Shown here piece after piece: positions 21,801 to 22,024 of a DNA stretch of 22,024 bases. Origin of the DNA: Psammoneis japonica. Its lineage: Eukaryota. The notes below the pieces were generated by a model. That model made no database searches. It was given only the letters and a program-made list of their open reading frames with translations, and was not told where the DNA came from. Where the stretch lies: assembly GCA_008632985.1 (NCBI GenBank), contig QPGO01000101.1, forward strand, positions 310,001 through 332,024, given 5' to 3'. The position numbers and the translations under genes are program-made. Positions within the stretch are counted from its first letter, which is position 1; every line of letters starts with the position of its first letter.

Positions 21801-22024
21801 AGGAACATCAAGATTTGAAAGTTTGGCAAAAAGGGGATCGTCGAACAGATCCTGCAGTTGGAGGGAAAAGTTGCACACAGGGATGCCGGGAGAGAGCTCC
21901 TGAGGCAGGTTGTTCTTGAGTTGGTTGGCAGTGGAGACAGACTCGAGAGGAGTGTGCTGCGGCACCGGGGGCACAACGCCAGGCAACATTGACTTGAGCT
22001 TGGACAGGAAAGTTTGAGAAGAGG
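18894..22024 (-). pseudogene. Plavaka-type (CACTA-related) transposase pseudogene; 5' end lies outside the window
   Basis: Motifs in order: TDKT, EP, AWRPLGFVP, RNCHQIL, PPDPMHMFQGG, acidic insert, GWKTSKFH..L......LG...GWD...G....K.WAK.P...CQ, and C-terminal AHPNCRKGG*WHDF (~19230-19270). Stops and frameshifts are present. Confidence 0.8.

Noticed and set aside
1..22024. Dense overlapping six-frame ORFs rich in Cys/His, resembling zinc-finger or metal-binding proteins
   Set aside because: These are a by-product of TpA loss: TAA/TAG stops and Tyr codons vanish while TGY/CAY codons accumulate.
1..22024. CpG deamination alone as the cause of TG/CA excess
   Set aside because: It contributes, but CG is still common and it cannot remove TA or turn Tyr codons and TTAA TSDs into Cys/His and TCAA.

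Overview
Eukaryotic transposon graveyard, probably from a diatom or other stramenopile (inference from ~70-80 bp introns and the transposase type). I find no intact gene. The dominant signal is a near-total loss of the TpA dinucleotide: roughly 85-90 TA by eye in 22 kb, and only 3 in 19501-22024. The sequence indicates conversion of TA to TG or CA: conserved Tyr codons read Cys/His, TTAA and TA target-site duplications read TCAA and CA, and a GTAAG donor reads GCAAG. This is the reverse of fungal RIP and sits on top of ordinary CpG decay. Left part: a 3.8-kb fully palindromic Sola3-like element with nested hairpin and hAT-like MITEs, plus a GACG...CGTC MITE family with 4-bp TSDs. Right part: a decayed Plavaka-type transposase converging on a reconstructable ~1250-codon gene with methyltransferase-like, TET/JBP-like (HxDxxN) and HhH-like motifs, plus two accessory pseudogenes. 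This is a candidate transposon-borne DNA-modification system. Most ORFs in the supplied track are artefacts of TAA/TAG loss.
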